From an uncultured candidate division Zixibacteria bacterium (lineage in GTDB: Bacteria; Zixibacteria; MSB-5A5; UBA10806; 4484-95), in NCBI GenBank assembly GCA_963668625.2, contig CAXXKA010000006.1, forward strand, positions 96,001 to 160,000: a stretch of 64,000 nucleotides of DNA, in the 5' to 3' direction. Both the position numbers and the translations under genes were made by a program. The notes beneath the pieces were generated by a model. That model saw only the letters and a list, made by a program, of their open reading frames with translations. It had not been told where the DNA came from and did no database searches. Below are positions 31,639 to 39,599 of this stretch, piece after piece. Numbering within the stretch: position 1 is the stretch's first letter; each line of letters starts with the position of its first letter.

Positions 31639-31782
31639 TTAATTTTTATCTTTTTTATCACTCCGCCCGGGAGGACAACCCTCGGGGCGCATTCACGTTT
31701 TTATTCCCATCTTGGGGAACAGGTATATCTGTAGAACGAGATACACGCCGAGTATTAGTATTAAGGTCAGGATATCATTCAT
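31639..31782 (-). CDS. Candidate small membrane selenoprotein A (47 aa; UGA at codon 30)
   Basis: MNDILTLILILGVYLVLQIYLFPKMGIKT-U-MRPEGCPPGRSDKKDKN*; TGA at 31693-31695; hairpin at 31655-31678; no clear SD. Confidence 0.6.
31655..31678 (-). promoter_or_regulatory. SECIS-like hairpin of ORF A
   Basis: UUGUC-CUCC-CGGGC-GGAG-(U)-GAUAA; the loop starts 23 nt after the UGA. Confidence 0.55.
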
Positions 31783-31852
31783 AGTGCGTATAGTAACTTT
31801 GTTTTGTGATAAATAGTTTCATTGCACGAAATGTAAACTCACAATATCAATG

Positions 31853-32818
31853 TTAATCGATGAGTCTACCGCAGTTGTGGCAGAAAAAGCCGCTTTCTAT
31901 TTTATCGATTTTGAAATGCCTCATATCGGCATGTCCATAGTACTCGCTACCCAAGAAAAACTCACCGAGAAATGCCCCGCACTCAGTACATGTATTAGCA
32001 AGATATTTTGATCTGGCGGTCTTTGAATACTGATATTTGAGAATGACTCCTTCATTACGTGCCTGCTCCATTTGTTTTATAGAGAAACGCGCAGGGCCAT
32101 GCAGTAATGTGCCATCCTGTGATGACAGTACAGCTGCTTTCATGGGAGAGTGGCATTTATAACATTCAGCGGTTATTATATTCAGGTATTTTTTGCTCAA
32201 ACCGCCGCCGCATTTTTCGCATTTCCCGTGAAGGCATATCGATACGGCTGATGGTGTTAATACGGGTTCCCAGAGCATGTTAAGATCAAGATCACTTTTT
32301 AATGTGAATTCGATTACAATGATATTATTGCTGGTATAATAATCACGAGCTTTATCATCTGGGGCATGAGTTACAATTACCTCGACTACGGCAAATATTT
32401 CACTATCTTGATCGAACAATGCGATATCGGGTATGCAATCGCCTGTGTTATACTCCATCTCCGCGCGAGTTACTTTCTTGAGCAGATTGCCCATGTGCTC
32501 ATCGAGGCATTGGTTGCATTGCCATTTAAACGGCAGCTCGGCACTATCATCAATAGCTTTTCGGATTTTATCGAACAGCAGCATTTTAAAACCGAGATGA
32601 ATAGCTGATTCGGGCGAGCATGGTTTATCGGTAGGCAGATGCGAGAAATGCGGACGTTTCAGAAGTCGCCGGCTGCTTTTGAATATCATCGGGCCGCCGC
32701 ATTCCAGGCAATGGTATTCGATACCTTTAACCGCTTTGGCGGCATGCACTAGATTATTTTCGGGATCGTAAGCTACCGGGTATTTTAGCTCTTTCATGGT
32801 ATTATCATATAAAATCAT
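31853..32818 (-). CDS. CoiA-like protein: zinc ribbon, PD-(D/E)XK-like nuclease domain, C-terminal Cys clusters
   Basis: YHCLECGG...RPHFSH...ESAIH..FK; PDIALFD...VVEVIVTH; several CxxC pairs. Confidence 0.7.
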   Translation of the reverse strand: MILYDNTMKELKYPVAYDPENNLVHAAKAVKGIEYHCLECGGPMIFKSSRRLLKRPHFSHLPTDKPCSPESAIHLGFKMLLFDKIRKAIDDSAELPFKWQCNQCLDEHMGNLLKKVTRAEMEYNTGDCIPDIALFDQDSEIFAVVEVIVTHAPDDKARDYYTSNNIIVIEFTLKSDLDLNMLWEPVLTPSAVSICLHGKCEKCGGGLSKKYLNIITAECYKCHSPMKAAVLSSQDGTLLHGPARFSIKQMEQARNEGVILKYQYSKTARSKYLANTCTECGAFLGEFFLGSEYYGHADMRHFKIDKIESGFFCHNCGRLID

Positions 32819-32929
32819 GTGAAATAGTACAAGTTGATTATTGGATTGAATTGGAAGTTAGTATCAGTATATTGCTCCGCTTTTATCCTGCCTAATCTTG
32901 CCGTTGCGATGTCTTGGTCAGGTGCTGCT

Positions 32930-33022
32930 TGGAAACCTTCTTGAATCATGTAGAATGCGCATTCTGCAGGCAAACAAGCCACGTTGCGAAGCAGCGCTTC
33001 GCAACGAGATGAAAAGACCGGA
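32930..33022 (+). repeat. ~93-bp direct repeat, copy 2
   Basis: Matches 31479-31572; contains the palindrome CGTTGCGAAGC-AGC-GCTTCGCAACG. Confidence 0.85.
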
Positions 33023-33275
33023 CACTAGTGATCATTTTATTATCCTGAAAAAATTATTTCTTTAACGTCATTACGAAACTTCTCCTTGGGTTTTGAATAC
33101 AAATAACTTGTAATACGACCCGCTAAATAATGAAGGGATAAACTCAATGATAAAAATACCTAAGTAGCAAAGCTGTTGACTTTAGCTGCTCAAATTCGTA
33201 TTTTATTATCTCTTTATCTGTATGCTTGAAAACAAAATTATCTTTCCAATAACTACCTCAACGAAAGGATACTAA

Positions 33276-34328
33276 ATGGTCGGTATCGTAGGTTATGGAG
33301 CGTATATACCCCTAAACCGTATCAAGGTGGAGGAAATCGCTAAAGTATGGGGTGCCGATGCTCCCAGCTTCAAAAAGGGGTTAATGCTTCAGGAAAAATC
33401 AGTTCCCAGCCCGGATCAGGACACGATCACCATGTCGGTGGAGGCAGCAAGGAGGGCCATCCTTCGCGCCGGAATCGATCCTAAGAATATCGGAGCTGTT
33501 TATATTGGTTCGGAATCACACCCCTATGCGGTGAAACCCTCCGGTGTTACGGTCGCCGAGGCGATAGGGGCGGTACCCGATTGTCATTGCGCCGATTTCG
33601 AGTTCGCCTGTAAAGCAGGTTCAGAGGGAATGTTCGTTGCCATGGGCCTGGTGAAAGCAGGCGAGATCGAATATGGTCTCGGTATCGGCGGCGATACCTC
33701 GCAAGGCGCTCCCGGTGATGCTCTGGAATACAGCGCCTCGGCTGGAGCCGCGGCTTATATATTTGGCAAGGAGAACCTGGTAGCAGAATGCCTGTACACT
33801 CACTCGTACATGACTGACACGCCTGATTTCTGGAGAAGGGAGTACCAGTTCTACCCTCGTCACGCCAGCCGCTTTACCGGTGAACCGGCGTATTTCAAAC
33901 ATACATTCGGCTGTACTCAGGCTATTTTGGAGAAAGCCAACATGAAACCCGAGGATTTCAGGTTCGTGGTGTTCCATCAACCCAATGGGAAATTCCCCAT
34001 GACCGCCGGTTTGAAGCAGGGATTCAAACGCGAGCAAATCGAGCAGGGCTGGCTCTCGCCGCTGCTGGGTAACACCTACTCCGGGGCATCGCCGATGGGC
34101 TTGTCAGCCTGTCTTGATGTCGCCGAGCCGGGAGATAAAATTCTGATGATCTCGTACGGTTCGGGTTCGGGTAGTGATGGTTTCATCTGGGAGGTCAAGG
34201 ATCGTATCAAAGAGGTTCAGAAGATGACCGTGCAAACCCGCGAACAGCTCGAATCAGATAAGAGAATTTACCTAGATTACGGCACCTACGCCAAGTATCG
34301 CGGCAAGATCAGGAAACTCCCCGTTTAA
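33276..34328 (+). CDS. Hydroxymethylglutaryl-CoA synthase, archaeal type
   Basis: GIVGYGAYIP, GSESHPYAVKP, EFACKAG (catalytic Cys), FHQPNGKFP, GNTYSG, SYGSGSGSD. Confidence 0.92.
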   Translation: MVGIVGYGAYIPLNRIKVEEIAKVWGADAPSFKKGLMLQEKSVPSPDQDTITMSVEAARRAILRAGIDPKNIGAVYIGSESHPYAVKPSGVTVAEAIGAVPDCHCADFEFACKAGSEGMFVAMGLVKAGEIEYGLGIGGDTSQGAPGDALEYSASAGAAAYIFGKENLVAECLYTHSYMTDTPDFWRREYQFYPRHASRFTGEPAYFKHTFGCTQAILEKANMKPEDFRFVVFHQPNGKFPMTAGLKQGFKREQIEQGWLSPLLGNTYSGASPMGLSACLDVAEPGDKILMISYGSGSGSDGFIWEVKDRIKEVQKMTVQTREQLESDKRIYLDYGTYAKYRGKIRKLPV

Positions 34329-34354
34329 CTAGAATGCAATAGGAGAATAGATAA

Positions 34355-35521
34355 ATGAGAGAAGTTGCAATAATCGGTATCGGAATGAACAAATGGGGTG
34401 AGTTGTGGGATATCTCTATCCGCAACCTGATAGCTGACTCCGCCCTGTTGGCTTTAGATGATGCCGGTATTGAAAAGGATAAAGTGGAAGCGATGTATAT
34501 CGGCTGCATGTCCTCAGGGTTGTTTACCGACCAGGAGCATCTGGCAGCTATTGGCCCGGATTACTCGGGCATGTTACCGATTCCGTGTACCCGTGTCGAG
34601 TCGGCCTGCGCCTCGGGTGGACTGGCTTTCCGTTCGGCGCTCATGCATGTAGCCTCGGGCATGGCCGATATCGTAATGGCTGTCGGTGTGGAGAAGATGA
34701 CAGATGTCGATGGCGCCGGAGCTACTTTCGGACTGGCCACCGCCGCCGATCAGGAATACGAGGTGTACAACGGCGTGACATTCCCCGGCCTGTATTCCAT
34801 GATGGCAACCCATCACATGCATCACCACGGAACCACCCGCGACCAGATCGCAATGGTGTCGGTGAAAAACCATGAGAACGGTTCGAAAAACCCGCTGGCC
34901 CAATTCCCCATGAAAGTTACTCTGGAACAGGTGAAAAACGCCGTGATGGTTGCCGATCCGCTTTCCATCCTGGATTGCTCGCCTATAACCGATGGCTCGG
35001 CTGCGGTGATACTGTGCTCGATGGATAAAGCTAAAGAGATCTGCAAGAAACGCCTGGTGAAAGTAACCGGCTCGGGTCACGCTACCGATACGATACAGCT
35101 TGCCCAGCGCGAGGATCTATCATATTTAAAATCAACCCGGATAGCCGCTGAAATGGCTTACAAGATGGCCGGTCGTACGATCAAGGATATCGATTTTGCC
35201 GAGGTACACGATTGTTTCACTATTGCCGAGATCATGGTGATGGAGGCTATCGGCCTGGTGGATAAAGGCAAAGGCGGCCCGGCGGTCGAAAGCGGGCTTA
35301 CGCGTATCGATGGCAAGTTCCCGATCAACGCCTCGGGCGGTTTGAAATCGAAAGGTCATCCCGTGGGAGCTACCGGTGTAGCTCAGATAGTCGAGCTTAC
35401 CAAGCAGATTCGCGGTATTGCCGATGAGGGCCGTCAGCTAAAGAAAGCTGATGTTGGATTAGCACAGAACATGGGCGGCTCCGGTGCCAGCTCAGTTGTT
35501 CATATACTGGAGGGAATTTAA
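34355..35521 (+). CDS. Acetyl-CoA acetyltransferase (thiolase), archaeal/SCP2-like type
   Basis: [31 protein letters not shown]. Confidence 0.92.
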   Translation: MREVAIIGIGMNKWGELWDISIRNLIADSALLALDDAGIEKDKVEAMYIGCMSSGLFTDQEHLAAIGPDYSGMLPIPCTRVESACASGGLAFRSALMHVASGMADIVMAVGVEKMTDVDGAGATFGLATAADQEYEVYNGVTFPGLYSMMATHHMHHHGTTRDQIAMVSVKNHENGSKNPLAQFPMKVTLEQVKNAVMVADPLSILDCSPITDGSAAVILCSMDKAKEICKKRLVKVTGSGHATDTIQLAQREDLSYLKSTRIAAEMAYKMAGRTIKDIDFAEVHDCFTIAEIMVMEAIGLVDKGKGGPAVESGLTRIDGKFPINASGGLKSKGHPVGATGVAQIVELTKQIRGIADEGRQLKKADVGLAQNMGGSGASSVVHILEGI

Positions 35522-35522
35522 T

Positions 35523-35915
35523 ATGCCGGCACCCAGATATTGGAGAGAGATACCTCAACGCTATCGCTATGAGGGCGTTAAATGCAAAAAGTGCGGCAAG
35601 GTCTGTTTCCCGACCAGGATAGTTTGCCCACAGTGTCAGCATCGCGAGTTCGATAAGGTGGTGGTTAGCACCGCCGGAACGCTAGAGACATTCACCGTGA
35701 TACGCGTAGCGCCATCACAGTTCGTAGACCAGGCGCCGTACCCGATCGGTATCGTTAACCTTGGTGATGATGTCAAAGTGCTATGCCAGGTGGCGGATGT
35801 TGCTCCCGAGGATTTGAAAGTCGGGATGAAGCTCAAACTCGAGTTCCGTAAAATCCAGCAGGAGCATGAGGATGGCATACTCTGCTACGGCTACAAGGCC
35901 GTACCGGAGGCCTAA
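35523..35915 (+). CDS. DUF35 zinc-ribbon/OB-fold scaffold protein
   Basis: WREIPQRY, CKKCG...CPQC, YGYK C-terminus; follows the thiolase. Confidence 0.9.
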   Translation: MPAPRYWREIPQRYRYEGVKCKKCGKVCFPTRIVCPQCQHREFDKVVVSTAGTLETFTVIRVAPSQFVDQAPYPIGIVNLGDDVKVLCQVADVAPEDLKVGMKLKLEFRKIQQEHEDGILCYGYKAVPEA

Positions 35916-35932
35916 GAAGAATGCAAAAACGA

Positions 35933-35961
35933 GTAGGGGCACAAGCATGCTGTGCCCCTGC
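35933..35961 (+). repeat. GTAG-type REP palindrome
   Basis: GTAGGGGCACA-AGCATGC-TGTGCCCCTGC. Confidence 0.7.
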
Positions 35962-35994
35962 GTTTATGTATCAAAATTGAATAAAATGCCGCAT

Positions 35995-36787
35995 GTGTCA
36001 GGATGGAAGGAACGACATCCTGACACTTGTAGCCCGTTTGTATTAGTAGATCAACGATAAGCTTATATGTCAGGATGGAAGCATAGCGACATCCTGACAT
36101 TGAATTCATTACGCACATGAATAATAACTGGAAGAATCATTATCTGGACAATGCCATACATCACGTAACCGGTACCGTTAATGCGTGGCAGAAAGTTTTA
36201 GTGTATCCTGATATATTATCTATTTTATTTTTAGACTTAAACCGTATGACTGTTAGATGGAATGTTACAGTATGGGGATTTGTAATCATGCCGGAACATT
36301 TTCATATGCTAATACAGAGCTGTAAAGGTGAGAATATTAAAAAGTTTATTCACGGTGGTAGACGTTCGATTTCAGGGAGAGTGAAGAGATTTATTGAATC
36401 GAATAATAGAATTATTGCAGATTATTGTGTTAAAAGCGGAATCAATACATCAATAATCTTTAATGTAAAAACAGCAGGGAAATTATCTTTTAGGTTTTGG
36501 AAAGAAAAACCTGGAGTATTTCCTATTTCTAATGAGATTGATGTCCAAAAGAAACTTGATTATATTCATAATAATCCTGTTAGGCGAGGTTTAGTTAAAT
36601 CACCTGAGGAATGGGAGTATTCGAGTTTTAATTATTATGCTGATGGGAAAATTGTAGGTTTGCCTGTTGGCGGGGGGCGTCAGGATGTCGCTAAGCTTCC
36701 ATCCTGACGGATAAAAGATGCTCTTATAAAAGAGATTGAATAAAATATACTTTATGTGTCAGGATGGAAGGAACGACATCCTGACAC
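35995..36787 (+). mobile_element. REPtron: RAYT gene flanked by four GTCAGGATG...CATCCTGAC palindromes
   Basis: Palindromes at 35995-36026, 36067-36100, 36678-36709 (inverted) and 36756-36787. Confidence 0.85.
36117..36707 (+). CDS. REP-associated tyrosine transposase (RAYT, HUH Y1)
   Basis: FVIMPEHFHM (HUH), FW, DYIHNNPVRRGLV...WEYSS. Confidence 0.9.
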   Translation: MNNNWKNHYLDNAIHHVTGTVNAWQKVLVYPDILSILFLDLNRMTVRWNVTVWGFVIMPEHFHMLIQSCKGENIKKFIHGGRRSISGRVKRFIESNNRIIADYCVKSGINTSIIFNVKTAGKLSFRFWKEKPGVFPISNEIDVQKKLDYIHNNPVRRGLVKSPEEWEYSSFNYYADGKIVGLPVGGGRQDVAKLPS

Positions 36788-36826
36788 TTTGGCAGATAAA
36801 TCGAACTAAACACGAAATGGAGCGAG

Positions 36827-38434
36827 ATGTTTCAAATAGAATCTAAGATCGACACCAAAAGCGCTGAGTTCAAAGCTAACTCAGAACACTGGAGAAAGCA
36901 GGCGGATGAATTCCGTGAACGTCTGGAGAAAGTAAAACAGGGCGGCCCGGAGAGAGCCCGGGATAAGCATCTCAAGAGAGGCAAGCTCTTAACCCGCGAC
37001 AGGGTCAGAGGTCTGTTCGATAAGAACACCCCGTTTCTCGAGCTAAGCTCGCTGGCCGCGTACGACATGTACGATAACGATGCTCCAAGCGCCGGTATTA
37101 TCACCGGTATCGGGGTTGTGCATGGCCGCGAGGTGCTGGTAGTTGCCAATGATGCCACAGTCAAGGGGGGAACATACTACCCCATGACAATCAAGAAACA
37201 TGTCCGGGCGCAGGAGGTGGCCGAGGCTAATAACCTTCCCTGTGTGTACCTCGTAGACTCAGGCGGCGTATTCCTGCCGCATCAGAAAGATGTGTTCCCC
37301 GACAAAGGCCATTTCGGAACGATATTCTACAACCAGGCCAGGTTATCCGCTAAAGGCATTGCTCAAATAGCTGTCGTGATGGGCTCATGCACGGCCGGTG
37401 GCGCGTATGTTCCGGCTATGAGTGATGAGGCTGTCATCGTACGCAAGCAGGGGACGATTTTCATAGGTGGCCCGCCTCTGGTTAAAGCTGCCACCGGTGT
37501 GGATGTCACCGATGAGGATTTAGGCGGCGCAGATGTTCATTGCCGTATCTCAGGCACCGCAGACCATTACGCTTTAAACGATGAGCATGCGCTGCAAATC
37601 ACCCGTAACATAGTCGAATGCCTGGAAGCTCCGAAGAAAACAGATATCGGCAGAAGAGAGCCCGAGGAGCCCAAGTACGATCCTAAAGAGCTGTTCGGCG
37701 TGATGCCCGCCGATATCAGAAAGCCTTTCGATATTAGAGAGATTATAGCCCGCATAGTTGACCGAAGCGAGTTCCAGGAGTTCAAGGAGCTATACGGCCA
37801 GACACTGGTCTGTGGTTTCGCTCGTATCATGGGGTACCCGGTTGGCATACTGGCCAATAACGGCGTGCTGTTTTCCGAAAGCTCGGTTAAAGGCGCGCAT
37901 TTTATTGAGCTATGTACTACGCGTAAAATTCCGCTGTTGTTTCTTCAGAATATTACCGGTTTCATCGTAGGCAAAGACTACGAGCACGGTGGTATCGCCC
38001 GTAACGGCGCCAAGCTGGTGCATGCCGTAGCCAACGCCGATGTCCCCAAGCTGACAGTGATGGTGGGTGGCTCATACGGCGCGGGCAACTACGCCATGTG
38101 CGGACGAGGCTACGAGCCAAGGTTCATCTGGATGTGGCCCAGCTCTAAAATATCCGTGATGGGCGGCGAGCAGGCAGCTAATGTGCTTCTGACCGTGCGC
38201 AAGAAAGGCCTCGAGGCTAAAGGTAAATCGATGACCAAAGAGGAGGAGGATGAGTTCCTCAAACCGATTATCGAACGATACGATTACGAGGGCTCGCCGT
38301 ATTTCTCCACCGCGCGTATCTGGGATGACGGAATAATCGATATGCTCGATACCCGTAACGTAATCGCGCTGGGATTATCGGCGGCGTTGAACGCATCGAT
38401 ACCGGAACAGCGTTACGGCGTGTTCAGGATGTAG
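36827..38434 (+). CDS. 3-methylcrotonyl-CoA carboxylase, carboxyltransferase subunit (LiuB/MccB-like)
   Basis: [52 protein letters not shown]. Confidence 0.92.
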   Translation: MFQIESKIDTKSAEFKANSEHWRKQADEFRERLEKVKQGGPERARDKHLKRGKLLTRDRVRGLFDKNTPFLELSSLAAYDMYDNDAPSAGIITGIGVVHGREVLVVANDATVKGGTYYPMTIKKHVRAQEVAEANNLPCVYLVDSGGVFLPHQKDVFPDKGHFGTIFYNQARLSAKGIAQIAVVMGSCTAGGAYVPAMSDEAVIVRKQGTIFIGGPPLVKAATGVDVTDEDLGGADVHCRISGTADHYALNDEHALQITRNIVECLEAPKKTDIGRREPEEPKYDPKELFGVMPADIRKPFDIREIIARIVDRSEFQEFKELYGQTLVCGFARIMGYPVGILANNGVLFSESSVKGAHFIELCTTRKIPLLFLQNITGFIVGKDYEHGGIARNGAKLVHAVANADVPKLTVMVGGSYGAGNYAMCGRGYEPRFIWMWPSSKISVMGGEQAANVLLTVRKKGLEAKGKSMTKEEEDEFLKPIIERYDYEGSPYFSTARIWDDGIIDMLDTRNVIALGLSAALNASIPEQRYGVFRM

Positions 38435-38531
38435 AGGTGACTATGGCGGATAACAATACATGCGGCTGGGGTACGGCCTCACGCCCCAACAATTGGTACA
38501 AGTTTACGTATGTCAAAATGAGAAGGCAATT

Positions 38532-39326
38532 ATGACAGATATAAAGCAATACACGACTATCAAACTTGATATAAGAGGCAAAGTAGCCCGGGTGATATTA
38601 AACCGTCCCGAGATAAGAAACGCGTTCAATAACGTGATGATCTCGGAGATGACCGAGGTATTCAAGCATATAAACTCCCGTGATGACCTCCGCGTGGTGG
38701 TAGTTACCGGCGAGGGCAAAGCGTTCTGCGCCGGCGCCGATTTGAAATGGATGAAAGGCGTTCTGGACTACACTTACGAGGAGAACCTTCAGGACAGCCA
38801 GAATCTCTCGGATATGTTCGCCGAGATGGCCAACTGCCCGCTGCCTACTATCGCTCGCGTGGATGGCCCGGCTATCGGAGGCGGCACCGGTATGGTAGCT
38901 GTTAACGATATCGTGATCGCCTCGGAGAACGCGCTTTTCAGCTTGAGCGAGGTCAAGATCGGTCTGGTTCCCGCCTGTATCTCTCCCTATGTCATCCGCA
39001 GAATGGGAGATTCCAACGCTCGCGAGTATTTCCTGACCGGCGAACGTCTGAACGCCGAGAAAGCCAAAGCCGCCGGACTGGTAAACCGTGTGGTTAGTTC
39101 GGATAAATTGGATAAGGAGATAGATGCACTGATTAAGCAGCTTCTATCAAGCGGTCCTAATGCTCTTGCCTGGTGCAAGCAGCTTATCGATAAAGTCCCG
39201 CCGATGGGGCAGAATGAGTACGGCCGTTACACCGCCGAGGTGATAACAAAGCTTCGCATGAGTGATGAGGGGCAGGAGGGCATGAAAGCGTTTTTCGAAA
39301 AGCGCAAACCCAAATGGTGCGAGTAA
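38532..39326 (+). CDS. Enoyl-CoA hydratase, methylglutaconyl-CoA hydratase-like (LiuC-like)
   Basis: LNRPEIRNAF, FCAGADLKWM, GGGTG, SEVKIGLVPACISPYV, EGQEG..AF.EKRKP.W. Confidence 0.88.
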   Translation: MTDIKQYTTIKLDIRGKVARVILNRPEIRNAFNNVMISEMTEVFKHINSRDDLRVVVVTGEGKAFCAGADLKWMKGVLDYTYEENLQDSQNLSDMFAEMANCPLPTIARVDGPAIGGGTGMVAVNDIVIASENALFSLSEVKIGLVPACISPYVIRRMGDSNAREYFLTGERLNAEKAKAAGLVNRVVSSDKLDKEIDALIKQLLSSGPNALAWCKQLIDKVPPMGQNEYGRYTAEVITKLRMSDEGQEGMKAFFEKRKPKWCE

Positions 39327-39331
39327 CTTGA

Positions 39332-39587
39332 TAGAAGAGTAGATCAAAACCCCTGCGGTTTTGATGCTATCGTTAGATGAGATTAAGTATCAATTAAAAT
39401 AAGATGAAGATAATTAGCAACTTAGGAAGCAAATAATGTTTTCAAAAATACTAGATGAGTAGGTCAAAATCCCTGCGGTTTTAACGATTGATAAATCACT
39501 AATCGTAGGTCAAGTCCACTCGGAACTTGGCAAACCGCTTGAATAAGGACAATAAAAATAGTCATGCCCCAAGTAGGCATGACCTAC
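39332..39587. repeat. Cluster of four GTAG(G/A)TCA-type palindromes
   Basis: GTAGATCAAAACCCCTGCGGTTTTGAT (39339), GTAGGTCAAAATCCCTGCGGTTTTAAC (39459), GTAGGTCAAGTCCACTCGGAACTTGGC (~39505) and the inverted GTCATGCCCCAAGTAGGCATGACCTAC (39561-39587). Confidence 0.7.
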
Positions 39588-39599
39588 CAAGGACTGATA

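Larger units (their letters stand above)
31324..33032. mobile_element. MITE-like / composite structure bounded by 16-bp inverted repeats
   Basis: ATCACTAGTGTCCGGT (31324-31339) is the exact reverse complement of ACCGGACACTAGTGAT (33017-33032); internal ~93-bp direct repeats; no transposase. Confidence 0.55.

Noticed and set aside
30732-31782. Genome-wide UGA reassignment (code 4 or 25) as the explanation for the in-frame TGAs
   Set aside because: uvrA, hflX and the M16 gene end in TGA at the expected C-termini, and long genes have no internal TGA.
31479-33022. Integron cassette with attC sites
   Set aside because: No convincing RYYYAAC...GTTRRRY pairs at the repeat ends and no integrase in the window.
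33276-35915. PhlABC-type (diacetylphloroglucinol) acyltransferase
   Set aside because: The synthase keeps its catalytic Glu, Cys and His motifs, there is no type III PKS nearby, and the neighbours are HMG-CoA-related.
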